NCBI GenBank assembly: GCA_963733195.1
Contig: CAVTCR010000071.1
Span: forward strand, 32,001-96,000
DNA: 64,000 nucleotides
Source: an uncultured delta proteobacterium
GTDB lineage: Bacteria; Desulfobacterota; Binatia; Bin18
Reading direction: 5' to 3'
Position numbers and translations under genes: made by a program. Shown here piece after piece: positions 1-11,839 of this stretch. Within the stretch, counting starts at the first letter, position 1, and the number at the start of each line of letters is the position of its first letter. Under the pieces are notes generated by a model. It had not been told where the DNA came from, ran no database searches, and saw only the letters and a program-made list of their open reading frames with translations.

Positions 1-1183
1 CGAATCTTGGTTGCCGACGATGTCGCTGTCAATAGATTTCTTCTGGCAAGCACGCTTGAACGCTGGGGACACTCGGTTGTGTCTGTTGCCGATGGTGTTG
101 AGGCGTGGGAAGCCTTACAGAAGGAGCAATTTTCTTTCGTTGTGAGCGATTGGATGATGCCACGGATGAGCGGTGTGGAGCTGTGTCGCCGGATTCGCAC
201 AGCGCACTTCCCGTCCTACATCTATGTGATCTTGCTGACTTCATTAGGGCGGTCCAACGAAATTGTCGAAGGGCTTGAGGCCGGCGCAGATGATTTCGTG
301 CATAAGCCCTTTAATGAAAACGAGTTACGAGCGCGGTTACAGGCAGGAGAACGTGTGGTCGCACTTGAACGCGGGCTCTTAGAAAGCCATGCGCAGCTGA
401 AACAAGCCTATGCCACGTTACAGGAGGATTTAGTCGCAGCTTCACAAATGCAGCGTGAATTGCTCCCTCTGCCGAACGTCACGATTCCAGGCCTCAACTG
501 TGCGTGGTTTTTTTGTCCTCACACTTTCGTTGCAGGAGATGCGTTTAATGTGCATCGACTCGATGAACAGCACGTCGGATTCTATACCATAGATGTTGCC
601 GGCCATGGGGTTGCGGCAGCCATGCAATCGGTCACCCTGAGTCGCCTTCTTTCTCCCCTTCCGGGGCAAGATTCATTCCTGAAGCTTACCATTCCCGAAC
701 CTCCTCACTATATTCTTCACTCACCAGAAGTCGTGGTTCGCAATCTGAATGCTCGCTTCCAATCCGATACAGATACCATGCGTTACTTTACGATGGTGTA
801 CGGAATCTTGGATCTTGCCAGTAATCGGGTGCGACTCACGCAAGCTGGGCATCCCTCACCACTTCACCAACGAGGCCGAACGGTTACCCCCATTGGCTCG
901 GGCGGTTACCCTGTCGGGATTCTCCCCGGAGTAGAGTATGAGTATCATGAATTTGACCTTTTCCGTGGAGACCGGTTGGTTTTGTACTCGGATGGAGTTA
1001 CAGAATGTAGCAATCCTCAGGACACCGAGTTTTCTGGTCGAACGGTTAGCCGCCTCACTGCGCGACAAGAGTACAGCCCCCTTACAGAGAACAATTAGTG
1101 AAATTGAAAGCGACCTTCGCCAATGGCGGGGTGGGGGCACGTTCGAGGATGACGTCACCCTGTTCGCAATCGAGCGACAGTAG
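1..1183 (+). CDS. Response regulator with PP2C/SpoIIE serine phosphatase output (RsbU/RsbP-like); 5' end truncated by window, frameshift near 1035
   Basis: REC domain (RILVADD...VVSDWMMP...KPF); PP2C motifs GDAF, DVAGHG, YSDGVTE; the C-terminal DDVTL continues in ORF 938..1183. Confidence 0.9.
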
Positions 1184-1405
1184 TGGCCCTCCGGCACTGA
1201 TAGCGCCTTGTCCGGAACCACAGGCCAGTTGATCCTTTCCGACGAAGGCGCACTAAAAATGAAGCCGGCACTCCCAGCAGTTGACGGTGAGCAGGATGTG
1301 CCTAAAGCGGGATAATGCCACCTCCACATGCACATGCGGGAGATCCAGGTGTGTCACGCGAAATAGAATGAAGCCAATTAAAGAGAGCCATAATATACTT
1401 TTCCG

Positions 1406-4400
1406 TTATGTCGCTTCCTGTCCTATGGTCTCCAATGCTTGTTGAAACCCGTCCACCTCACGTTCCAATCGATTCAGAGCCGCTTCTCCCTCAACCAGGA
1501 TTGCCTCACGGCTCAGATGTTCGAGATGTAAGGCTGCCGCATAGGCTCCTTGTGCCGCCATGTTGCCGACTACTCCCTTAAGTGCATGTGCCGCCCGCCG
1601 AAAATCGTCGATGTCTTGCCGTGATATTGCATCCCGCACCGCTGTGACCATCTTAGGATATTCCGCCCCAAACATTTGGGAGACCTGCGTCAATAATCTG
1701 CGATCTCCACCGACTTTGCGGAGGAGTTCCTTGACTTGTCGGAAATGTTCTTCGATAGAAGCGGTATTTAGTGGAGAGGGAATGTCGAACCCTTCACCTC
1801 CTGTGTCTTCTGTCTCAACGACCCACCGCTCTAAGACCGCAGTTAGCCCTTCGGGTGTGATCGGTTTGGGAAGATAATCATCCATGCCGGCAGCCAGACA
1901 TCGTTCCCGGTCACCTTGCATCGCATTCGCCGTCATAGCGATGATCGGTACCATACGCGTAGGGATTCCTGCCCTATCATTCTCATATTTTTGCTTGCGG
2001 ATGATCCGGGTCGCCTCGAATCCATCCATTTCAGGCATCTGACAATCCATAAACACGACGGCATAGTGCCTGCGTTGAACGGCGTCGACGGCGTCTCGCC
2101 CGTTGGCAACCACCTCCACTCGATAGCCCAGTCTTTCGAGCAACAAGGCCGCAAGTTTCTGGTTGATCGGGTTATCTTCAGCCACCAACACCAAGGGGCG
2201 CTGCAACATTTTTGGCTTCGCCGGGGAAATAATACTCACAGGAAGTGATTGGTATTTCTCCGCAGCTACTCCCCTTCCTGTTGTCACGAAGGGTGAGACA
2301 TTCACTCAGTCGTGTCGGGCGAATCGGTTTGGCGAGATAGGCATCAATCCCAACATGGCGTGCATTCTCTAATGCTCCACGCTGGACGATGGATGTCAGC
2401 ATCACTAATTTGAGACCGGCTAACTGCGGATCGGCTTTGATGCGTTGCGCCAGCTCAAGTCCATCCATACCTGGCATTTGGTAGTCAAGAATAGCGATAT
2501 CATACGGTTGCCCCTGAGCACGGGCAACCTGCAGGTACTCTAGCCCTTGGTGGCCATTTGCCGCACTCTCGTCGACGATTCCCCAGTTCGTCAGGTAATG
2601 GTGGAGGACCGTACGGTTGGTCTCGTTATCGTCCACGACCAGAACCCGAAGACCGTGCAAGTCTGTACGCGGTTGTAATACCGGGTTCTGCATGTGAACT
2701 GTTTGTTTCTCAAACTGGATGGTAAACCAAAAGGTTGACCCCTGCCCTGGAGTACTCTCGACACCGATCTCCCCGCCCATCAATTCGACGAGCTGTTTGC
2801 AGATCGCGAGCCCTAACCCTGTTCCGCCATATTTACGTGTCGTTGAAGCATCAACCTGAGAAAACGATTGAAAGAGACGGTCAAGGCGGTCTGGCGAAAT
2901 GCCGATGCCAGTGTCACTTACAGCAAAGCGAACCAGGGTAAGGGTAGACACGTCATACTCACGCGTCACACGTACAGTGACTTCGCCGTGTTCAGTAAAT
3001 TTGAGTGCGTTACTCACCAAATTCAGGAGAACCTGACGCAGGCGGCCAGGATCTCCTCTGACCGCAGTCGGAACGTCCGCGGGCAAGAGATGCACGAGTT
3101 CCAGGCCTTTCTCTTGCGCCTTGGTCGCAAGTAATTCCAGCGTTTCTTCAACCGCCAACCGCAGATCGAAGTCCATGACCTCAATCTCCATCTTCCCAGC
3201 TTCGATCTTCGAGAAATCAAGAATGTTGTTGATGATCGAGAGGAGTGCCTCGCCGGAGCCTTTGATGATTTCAGCAAACTCACGTTGCTGAGGGGTCAGC
3301 TCAGTATCCAATAACAGGCCCGTCATACCGATTACACCATTCATCGGTGTACGGATCTCATGGCTCATGGTTGCTAAGAACTCAGACTTGGTCTGACTCG
3401 CTTGCTCTGCACGCTGCATGGCTTCGCTGAGTTCTTCGGCTTGTACTTGTAAGAAGACGGTCTGTTCTTCAATCCGGGTCCGCGCCTCCTCCATGTCCTG
3501 GAGATAGCGCTGCTGGACAGCTTCAGCCTGCTTTCTATCGGTAATATCTTCGACTGTGCCCACATAACTGCGCAGGCGACCGTCTTCGCCATACACTGCC
3601 ACGGCCCGCCGATGAACCCAGCGGGTCTCGCCACTAGCATGCTGGTAACGGTACTCACGGGAAAAATTCCGCCCGTCCCGGACGCAGACCTGCCAATCTT
3701 CCAGAACTGCGGCTTTGTCTTCCTCCACGATTGCATTCGTCAACGTGTCGTCCTTTGCCTGTCCACTCGTTAAACCGGCGATCTCACACAGCTGCGGGTT
3801 GATATAGGTGCACACCCCACGGGTATCGGTCTCGAAGATACCGACAGGAGAGGCAGCACAGAGGAGACGGAAACGCTCTTCACTTTTGAGTAACGTCTCT
3901 CCGCTCTGCTTCTGTTCAGAATTATCAACGAAGAGTCCATCCCACAAAATATCACTATTGGTTTGTCGATGCGGAGTTGCGGTTCCTTGTACCCATCTAA
4001 TGGTCCCATCCCGAGTCACCATACGACCTTCCCATCGCCACGGTAACAACAAGCGTGCAGACTCACTGATGGAATGAGCAAATGCCGTACGGTCGTCCGT
4101 ATGAATCAGATCGGCGAGGCTCGCCGGATTATTGAACGTAACGCTCGCATCAACCCCGAAGACGATGGACGACCGCGGGCTGACATAGGAGAATGCGGCA
4201 GAACCGTCCGGAGTCTGACGATACTGGAACATCACGTTATTCGGAAAGCTACTGACGATGTGTTGCAAGCGGGCTTCGCTTCGTTCGAGTGCAGTCAGTC
4301 GGTGTGCTTTTTCTTGTTCGGCAGCAGTTTCCTGTTTGGCCAGCCGGTACCCATAGAGAGTGGCCATCATCACGAGAAGGGTGAGCGTTCCAATCACTAC

Positions 4401-5034
4401 GGCGTGCTGCTGCCTGAATGTTGTCGTCTGGCCTCCGGGCTGGGTAAAATGATCCCGCTGGATGACATGGGCATCACTCTGTAGGGTGAAGAGCCTGGCA
4501 GTGATCTCTCCGTATACACGGTCCAAACGGATCACACTTTCACGTGCATTATCAAACTGCTTTACCGCAAAATGGCCAAACACCTGATCAGCTTCTGCCA
4601 TCATTGTGATGGCTGTGGATTGCAGCTCGTCGAATTGGCGGCGCAAAAGGAGTTGGGCGAGTGCGGAGTCATTTTTGAGTTTGTTGGCGTGCCTGACCAA
4701 GTTCCTGAATGAAGGCATCGAACGCGTGTTTCGTGCACGTGCAGCTTCTTTCTCGGGATCTTGGGAAGTAAGCACCGCATGCCCTGGCGCATTGAGATCC
4801 TTCGCCAACTGCCCAAGGCGTGCATATTGATCGCTCCGCTGTTCCCACTGTTGGCCCACCGCTACCGTGTCGCTATACACACGGGAATCCCGCTGGATGT
4901 AGAGACTCGCAGTAAGGGTGAGCAGGTTCAAACCCACCAGGAGGAAATACATGTAGCGCCAGGGGGGCAATTGGCCTCACGACATGAGCTGGTGCGGGCG
5001 CGGCCGGGCGCGGGTCAGACCCGGGGACTTCCAT
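1406..5034 (-). CDS. Membrane hybrid sensor histidine kinase TM-PAS-PAS-HisKA-HATPase-REC-REC-Hpt; frameshifts near 4965 and 2290
   Basis: ORFs 2178..4970 and 1406..2305 join; [12 protein letters not shown]-box, GTGLGL, two REC domains (LDYQMP, MDCQMP), Hpt AHALKG; AAGGAG before ATG at 5034. Confidence 0.9.
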
Positions 5035-5865
5035 CAGACTACTCCTTCGTCAAAGCATACGTCGGGTGGCAATCAAAGTATAGCGACCCGACGTCGTCCC
5101 CACGCAAACAACACTCGGCTGAGGCTATGAGGAAGCGGATGTCGATGTGGTGGGGGCATCACCGCAGTGGTACCCCTACTTCGAGAGATTTTTCGGCTGT
5201 TTGTGTTCGTCCTTAAATTGTTCTCTGAGGGTACAAACGCCTTACTCATAGTCTATGGCAGGCTCACACATTGATCTCTCTACCGAGAACAGGGCTGGAA
5301 GTTCGAGAAAATATGGATAGCTAGCTGTAGTGGCATCATTCTTCGCCGAAGAGAGAGTTGTCAGCACGAAATAGAAACCGAATTAGTTGGGGCAATGAGT
5401 TTGATTCGAATCTGAAGTGAAGATGCGAGTAAGAAGAAACAAGCAGAATGCGTACAGATTTCTAAGACCTTATATGAGTACGTTATTGCAGGGCCCCCAT
5501 AACACGGAGCGCTAAGCGTAGAGGCAGAAACAGGGGGCTCCTGGATTTGCTAAGTACGCAGAAATCGAGCAAGAAGTGCGATAATCTATCTAAATCAGAC
5601 GGCGTAAGAACAGCTCACCGGATGTGTCATTCTGAATCCAAGGCTAGGAAGGACAGCAGCTGGCAAAGGAGTTGATCAGGCAGAAGAACGTTAAAGCGGT
5701 CTCTAGCGTGAAAAGAACACGAACAACGACTCGCAAAGCCTATTCTGAATCTCCTTGTTCGTCTCGACGTTTTCCGCCATCGAGCACAGTCGAAGGGCGG
5801 AGATAATGGGATTTGTTTCTGCTGACGTGCTGAGTGCACAGCGCCAACTGCACGTACCCCTATGC

Positions 5866-7821
5866 TCATGCTGCGTTCTTGATCTCGGATTTCACCGGAG
5901 GTTGGCATAGCGGCAGGATAAAGCTAATGCGAGCACCTCCAGTTGGATTATTCTCTGCCCAGATGCGGCCATGATGGGCATGGAGGATCTCCCGACAGAT
6001 GGCCAGCCCTAGCCCCGTGCCTCCAGCTCCAGTTTTGGTCTTGCTGCTTTGCACAAACTTATCAAACACTGCCTCCAGCTCACCCTCTGGAATCCCCACG
6101 CCTTGGTCGCTTACCCGCACCTGCACATAACCAGTGGGCTCGGCAAGGGAAGGACTCACTAGCTTCGGCCTTTCCTTGAAGTTGTCTGTCTGCGCATCGT
6201 CAGTAAGGGTGGCACACTCGACCATGATCGTACGATGCTCACCGGTAAACTTGATAGCGTTAGCAAGGACGTTACGCACGACCTGCCTCATTTGCTCCTC
6301 ATCACATTCGATATCGGGCAGGAGTGCACTGTCGTAAATCCGCAGCGTTATCAGTTTCTGGGCGAGTAACGGCTGCAATTCCTTTGCGACGGCCTGAATC
6401 AGCACTGCGAGGGAACATGGGTTCATGTCGTACTCTATGTGTCCCGCTTCCAGTTTGGAGAGGTCAAGTAAATTATTGATGAGCTTGAGGAGACGCTCAG
6501 CGCTGTCGTGAATCTCGAGTAGATTTTCGCTCTGCGCCTCAGCACTGAGGTGAGGGATTCTCTTGAGACCGAATTTGGCGAACCCCAGGATGGCATGCAT
6601 CGGCGTACGCAACTCGTGCGACATGTTCGCCAAGAATTGGGATTTGGCTTGGTTGGCGGCTTCGGCTATTTCTTTGGCCTGTGCGAGTTCACGCGTGCGT
6701 TCTTGGACCCGTTGTTCGAGTTCGCCATAGGCACGGTGTAGCACCTCTTCGATCTGCTTCTGTTCGGTAATGCCCTCTACGGTCCCGACATGACCGATCA
6801 CCCGGCCATCTTCGGCGACCATCGGCTTTGTGCGCACACGGACCCACCGCAAGCTCCCTTGTGGCGTAAAGATACGGTATTCCTCGGTATATTCCTGTCC
6901 GTCCTGAGCTTGTTCTTGCCATTGCGCAATGACCATCTGCCGATCGTCAGGATGCACCGTTTGGCTCCAGCCCTCTCCCAAGCTTTCCGCCAAAGTCATT
7001 CCAAAGATCTCTTGCCAACGCGTATTCGTGTAGACACAGTTCCCCAATGAATCACTGAGAAAGATGCCCACTGGTGAGGCTTCACACAAAGAGCGAAACC
7101 GTGCTTCGCTTTGCCGCAGCTGTTCTTCTATGCGTTTACGTTGACTGATGTCGCGGGAGACAACGAGTACCCCAAGTGCTTCACCTTTTGCATTCCGCAC
7201 CAGGCGGGAGCGGGATTCGTTGAGGACGATACTCCCATCGGGTCGCAGGACTTCCTGCTCATATATCGACGACACTTTCTCGCCTGCTCGCAAGCGGCGG
7301 GCGCGGTCTTCCACATGGGCAACTGTGGCAGACGTGACAAACTCGCTATAGTGGTGCCCGAGAACCTGATCTCGCGACCAGCCGGTCAAGACTTCCTGTC
7401 CGTGGTTGATGTCGAAAATGATGCCATCTGTAGTGAGGCAAACCATTCCATCGTAGGCATTATCAAACAAACTATGATAACGGTCTTCACTTGCTCGTAG
7501 CGTCTCCATTTGCTGCCGGAGTGCTATCATCTCCGTGCGAAGTGTAGCAATCTCGGTGGACAATTCAGCATTGTAGCGCCCGAGACGACCGTTCCATATG
7601 CCGAAGTATCCGGCGAGGCCACCCAGCAGAAGGACAGCGCCGGCAATGACCCACAGCAAGGAATGCGCAGCCATATGGAAAAGACTAACGGGGAGCACAG
7701 GGAGCCCGCGCACAACGAAGTCCACCCCCAGGGCCGCACACAGGGCGGCTCCCTCGAAGAGGGCTCCGTACAGCAGGAATTTACCTACGCCGGTCTGCTG
7801 CCCTCCCGCTTTGTGCTTCAT
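5866..7821 (-). CDS. PAS-PAS sensor histidine kinase with N-terminal TM segments
   Basis: MSHELRTPMH, NAIKF, DQGVG, GTGLGL motifs; two PAS/PAC repeats; no REC domain. Confidence 0.92.
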   Translation of the reverse strand: MKHKAGGQQTGVGKFLLYGALFEGAALCAALGVDFVVRGLPVLPVSLFHMAAHSLLWVIAGAVLLLGGLAGYFGIWNGRLGRYNAELSTEIATLRTEMIALRQQMETLRASEDRYHSLFDNAYDGMVCLTTDGIIFDINHGQEVLTGWSRDQVLGHHYSEFVTSATVAHVEDRARRLRAGEKVSSIYEQEVLRPDGSIVLNESRSRLVRNAKGEALGVLVVSRDISQRKRIEEQLRQSEARFRSLCEASPVGIFLSDSLGNCVYTNTRWQEIFGMTLAESLGEGWSQTVHPDDRQMVIAQWQEQAQDGQEYTEEYRIFTPQGSLRWVRVRTKPMVAEDGRVIGHVGTVEGITEQKQIEEVLHRAYGELEQRVQERTRELAQAKEIAEAANQAKSQFLANMSHELRTPMHAILGFAKFGLKRIPHLSAEAQSENLLEIHDSAERLLKLINNLLDLSKLEAGHIEYDMNPCSLAVLIQAVAKELQPLLAQKLITLRIYDSALLPDIECDEEQMRQVVRNVLANAIKFTGEHRTIMVECATLTDDAQTDNFKERPKLVSPSLAEPTGYVQVRVSDQGVGIPEGELEAVFDKFVQSSKTKTGAGGTGLGLAICREILHAHHGRIWAENNPTGGARISFILPLCQPPVKSEIKNAA

Positions 7822-8029
7822 TCAGTACCTATCTGTTTCCCATGGGTGCTTGCTGTAGACGTTGGCAATGCGGTAGATACCACAACGCAAATGAAATTTG
7901 CCAGACGAAATCGGTAATCAGAGTCCTTGGTGGGACAGGCCTCTTGCCTGTCCTCATCCACAGAAACAGGCTGGAAGCCTGTTCTACCAGAGCATTGCGA
8001 ACTTGATCGTTAAGACTCATTAGGCTTCG

Positions 8030-8917
8030 TTATCCACAGCGCACAACGCACGTGACCGAGTTTCCCCTCCCCTCGTACCGAACAGTGTCAAAGCTCATTA
8101 AGCGTGACATCGCGATACCGCGGCCATGTGTGTCTGTCGCACGATCGGGATCGATGTCAAGGTACTGCTGCCAATAAAACCCGCTGCCTTCATCACTTAT
8201 AGTGAGCATAATCTCATCTTCGTCTTTTTCATAATGGACGCGAACAAGCTTGTCAGCGTGCTCAGGTAATGCCAGTCGCCGTTGGATCTCCTCTTCCCAG
8301 GTGCCAAGTTTATTCAGTTCGGTCTTTTCCTCGTAGGTAATCCCCAGATTGCCATGCTCAACAGCGTTGATGAGTAACTCCGATACGCCGAGTACCATCC
8401 GTTCGGGCTCGGGAAAGAAGCTAGAAAGGAACACCGTGAGGTCGTGTGCTTCCTCTAACGTACGAAAAACAAAATCGCTCTGTTTGATCAACCCGAGCAT
8501 ACGTCGGTATTTTTTGACCTCTCCGCGCAACGTGTTCTGCGTTGCAGCATCATTGAGTGCCGCCTGAATGATCGCGAGCAGTACGTCTTCATTATACGGT
8601 TTGGTGAGGTAGTAGAAGACTCCGGTGCGTATTCCTTCCGCGACTTGACTCGTCCCGGCCGCGGCAGTCTGCATGATCACCGGCAGGTGCACAAATTCTT
8701 CTTGCTTCCTGAGGTTGACCATGAACTCCATTCCGTCCATCACCGGCATCATACGGTCGAGCAGGATCACATTAATCTGCTCGCGCTCCTGCGTGAGAAT
8801 GTTCCATCCCTCGACACCATTGTCCGCGGTCAGGACTTTGTAGCTCGTATCGGCAAGATACATCTGGATGAGTTTCAAATTCTTCGGTTCATCATCAATG
8901 GCTAGAACTGTGGTCAT
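8030..8917 (-). CDS. Response regulator fused to RsbW/SpoIIAB-like serine kinase (anti-sigma-type HATPase)
   Basis: REC (LLDRMMP) plus SELLINAVEHGN, DEGSGF, GRGIAM motifs typical of HATPase_c_2. Confidence 0.85.
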   Translation of the reverse strand: MTTVLAIDDEPKNLKLIQMYLADTSYKVLTADNGVEGWNILTQEREQINVILLDRMMPVMDGMEFMVNLRKQEEFVHLPVIMQTAAAGTSQVAEGIRTGVFYYLTKPYNEDVLLAIIQAALNDAATQNTLRGEVKKYRRMLGLIKQSDFVFRTLEEAHDLTVFLSSFFPEPERMVLGVSELLINAVEHGNLGITYEEKTELNKLGTWEEEIQRRLALPEHADKLVRVHYEKDEDEIMLTISDEGSGFYWQQYLDIDPDRATDTHGRGIAMSRLMSFDTVRYEGRGNSVTCVVRCG

Positions 8918-9228
8918 GCTCGCTCCAGTAATACAGATGGCGGTGGGGGCTGCCGTACAGATAAGAGAAAACTAACGCACGCACCGCCAGTGGGCTTATT
9001 TTGCGCCCAAATGTGCTCATGATGAGCGTCGATGATTTCACGACAGATGGCCAATCCTAATCCGGTACCGTTTTCCCCACCGAGCAGCATGGTGGTCGTA
9101 CTTCTCGTCAGTTTCATCGCCAGTTCAAACACTTGTCTCATGACTTGGCTCCTGCCGATAAGTGGACCAGAAGCACCGAGGTTCTCCTCGCTTTCCCCAC
9201 CGAGGAGTTCTGTCACGTGTAGCTCCAT
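8914..9228 (-). pseudogene. Chimeric remnant: start of a sigma-54 activator AAA+ domain joined to a histidine-kinase C-terminus
   Basis: LIGRSQVMRQVFE...LLGGENGTG followed directly by LGLAICREIIDAHHEHIWAQNKPTGGACVSF. Confidence 0.65.
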
Positions 9229-9405
9229 GTATGCTTCCCCTTACAAGAATCGGATTACTGCGTAGTTGTTACGATCTGCGCAGACGCACAGTCGTCAAAA
9301 CTTATGCCAAGAAATTTACTGCTGTCTGATTACTTGTGCGCCCCACCTGAGAGACATCGGTGGAGTACACAGCACATTTAAGACATGCCCGAAGATTAAA
9401 ATAAA

Positions 9406-9420
9406 CTACCTAATTTTAGA
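9406..9420. promoter_or_regulatory. Putative regulator site CTACCTAATTTTAGA, also found at 25514
   Basis: 14/15 identity to 25514..25528; both lie in upstream regions of minus-strand operons. Confidence 0.4.
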
Positions 9421-9510
9421 TTCTAATTCTACCGGATTTCTGCTATAGTGAGGTCAGAGTTTCGCGAAAACAAACGAGCATGTAAGAAACGAGAATGCTA
9501 GAGCAGAGAC

Positions 9511-9525
9511 GGGCACGCAATTTGC
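9511..9525 (+). promoter_or_regulatory. Putative sigma-54 -24/-12 promoter
   Basis: GGGCACGCAATTTGC matches TGGCACG-N4-TTGC spacing, upstream of the NarL-type gene. Confidence 0.4.
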
Positions 9526-9858
9526 GCCCCTTAATAACGAAGAAAAAACCGCAGTACAAGATCATTACTGTTCACCGTTAGTAGTTTTTTGGATAGCCGA
9601 AAAGAATCAAGTGTCTTATTGTGAAGTGGAACTTATCATAAGAGTTTGATTCCAATGGTCACGCGACAGCGCGCTGCCATGGGTGGGTCTGGACGGATGA
9701 TGGGCTTAGCTGTGAACAAAAACGACAGCCGATGTTCGTTCCTGATTCTGCGAGGGAATTGTCGGCTGGACAGGGACTCCACGGTCGGGGTCCTGACGTG
9801 AGATGACGATACTAGTTGCGGTTCTCTTTCTCATCGCGCGGCTTCACACGGTACCTCT

Positions 9859-10515
9859 ATGATGCATACAACCATTCTTCTTGTTGATGATCATTCTTTA
9901 ATCCGGCAAGGCTGCCGACGAATTCTCGAACACTATGACGGCGTTGTCATTGTCGGCGAAGCTGAGACTGGGGAAGAGGCCTTAGAAAAAATCGAAGAGT
10001 TAAAGCCGAACCTCGTCTTAATGGACCTCAGTCTTCCAGATGTCAGCGGCATTGAGATCACACGAAAGATCAAGAACCTCTTGCCAAAAATTAAGGTGAT
10101 CATCCTCTCGCTTCACACACACGAGACGTATGTGTATCAGGCGCTCGCCTCCGGTGCTTCAGCGTATGTCGTGAAACAGGGCGGAGCGCGAGAGTTGGAA
10201 GGAGCGCTCGATGCCGTCATCGCAGGAAACGTATATCTCAGTCCGTTAGTATCGCAAAGAATTGTGGACGTCTATCTCAAATATGCTCCCCGAGAGATGG
10301 GGCTCGAGGGTTCGCCACTCACCAATAAGGAACGAGAAGTCTTGGTTTTGTTAACGCAAGGATTAAGCAGTAAAGAAGCAGCCCAGCGGTTACAGTTAAG
10401 CCCGCAGACTATTGATGTTCACCGGAAAAACATCATGAAGAAACTAGACATTCATAATGTCCCAGGGCTAGTGAGATGGGCGCTGCGCACCGGAATGATA
10501 TCGGTGGAAGCATAG
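9859..10515 (+). CDS. NarL/FixJ (LuxR-HTH) family response regulator
   Basis: REC (LVDDH, LMDLSLP) plus LTNKEREVL...SPQTIDVHRKNIMKKL helix-turn-helix. Confidence 0.95.
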   Translation: MMHTTILLVDDHSLIRQGCRRILEHYDGVVIVGEAETGEEALEKIEELKPNLVLMDLSLPDVSGIEITRKIKNLLPKIKVIILSLHTHETYVYQALASGASAYVVKQGGARELEGALDAVIAGNVYLSPLVSQRIVDVYLKYAPREMGLEGSPLTNKEREVLVLLTQGLSSKEAAQRLQLSPQTIDVHRKNIMKKLDIHNVPGLVRWALRTGMISVEA

Positions 10516-11003
10516 TAGTTCAGTATTCTGGGATTTAGTATCGTCATGTCCGCCCTTCGATTAGACTCAGCCTAAATCATACCACACAACATTCGTACAC
10601 TTCAGCACTCGATGTGAGACTTCAAGGAGACTTCTCTCAATACGCATAGCAGCGCATCCGAGAGCAATATCGACTACTCAGGGACTGAAAAGCGCCAGGA
10701 GGTCGCGCAGGCGGATAAAGACGTCAAGAGTCTGGAACAGCTCCGCATGCGCCTATGGGAACGATCCCGCCATCAGGAAAGTAGCGAAGAACAAAAGAGC
10801 ATCGACGAGATCGGGCAGCGGGCATATTACGATAAAAAGCAAACGCACAACTGAGGATCATACAACACAGCCTCAGCGGAGGAGATAAAGTGCTCTGACT
10901 ACGAATCATTTACGAAGTCCGATTGTAACGAGAAAGAATCTTTATCTAAGAGATGTCTTCGTTCATTGAAACCCAGCCGCGATCCGGATCCAGGAGCAAA
11001 ACA

Positions 11004-11030
11004 CTGGATTCCGGCTTTCGCCGGAATGAC
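11004..11030. repeat. REP-like palindrome CTGGATTCCGGCTTTCGCCGGAATGAC
   Basis: Hairpin ATTCCGGC/GCCGGAAT ending in ATGAC; related element at 27525. Confidence 0.65.
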
Positions 11031-11286
11031 GGACAAGGATGCGCCCTCTGTTTCTACCTAATGCTGAGCGCCACGCACTCTGGGCGTCTCGCAATGACAG
11101 AATTTGCCGGTTTGCGGACATGCTCCAAAAAGCGTCACTACAGTTCACTGCGTAAATGGCGATGTGAAGTCATAAGGAACTTGTAAAGAAAACTGAAGGC
11201 AGCTCATGGCTTTGTTGCCGCGAAGGACCACCAAACCGAACATTCTCCGCACCCACAGGTTAGACCGGAGAAAGGAGATCATAAAC

Positions 11287-11643
11287 ATGCAGTTTGTCGT
11301 TGATCAGTGCGACGATTTCACCATCGTGACAATTCCAGGCGACGTACTTGATGCACAGAACACAAAGCAATTTAAGAATGACATAAAGCCTTTCCTTCAC
11401 GCCGGCTGCAAGGTTGTTCTCGATATGGGATTGCTCAGATTCGTCGATAGTTCCGGAATCGGAGCAATGATTTCGTGCCTACGGCAAACGCAGGCGGTCG
11501 GGGGTGACCTGAAACTCTGCGCGTTGACGAAACCCGTACGCGCCGTATTTGAACTAGTCCGAATGCATCGACTGTTTGAGATATTCTCGACAAGAGAAGA
11601 CGCTATTCGCGCACTGGGACACAAACAAGCCTCTGCCGCCTGA
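11287..11643 (+). CDS. STAS-domain anti-sigma factor antagonist (RsbV/SpoIIAA/SypA-like)
   Basis: VVLDMGLLRFVDSSGIG with the phosphorylatable Ser motif; AAGGAG ribosome site upstream. Confidence 0.92.
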   Translation: MQFVVDQCDDFTIVTIPGDVLDAQNTKQFKNDIKPFLHAGCKVVLDMGLLRFVDSSGIGAMISCLRQTQAVGGDLKLCALTKPVRAVFELVRMHRLFEIFSTREDAIRALGHKQASAA

Positions 11644-11839
11644 TGCGTGTTGCACGGGAGGTTTTCTCAATGCCGGTGGGTTTTCATTTACTATCCTCAA
11701 TACGGTAGAGATCCAATAAAATAGGGGTGGCAGGTTCAGCAACAACACTCTTTGCCGAAGAGAGAGCTGAGGGTGTCAGTGATCTCACTACAGCTGCTCA
11801 AAGCTGTGTAAAATTTCAATTATCATAAAAAGTGTTATC

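Noticed and set aside
5040-5865. Possible riboswitch or small gene (ORF 5627..5908) in the long spacer between the two kinases
   Set aside because: A GCAAAGCC fragment recalls c-di-GMP-I riboswitches but the rest of the consensus is missing; the ORF has no recognisable motif
9295-9309. Second sigma-54-like site on the minus strand (TGGCATAAGTTTTGA)
   Set aside because: The -12 element is GA rather than GC; too weak to call, though it could be a decayed site
10724-11186. Short ORFs between the NarL and STAS genes
   Set aside because: They largely translate REP-like palindromes (for example LDSGFRRND) and show no protein motifs
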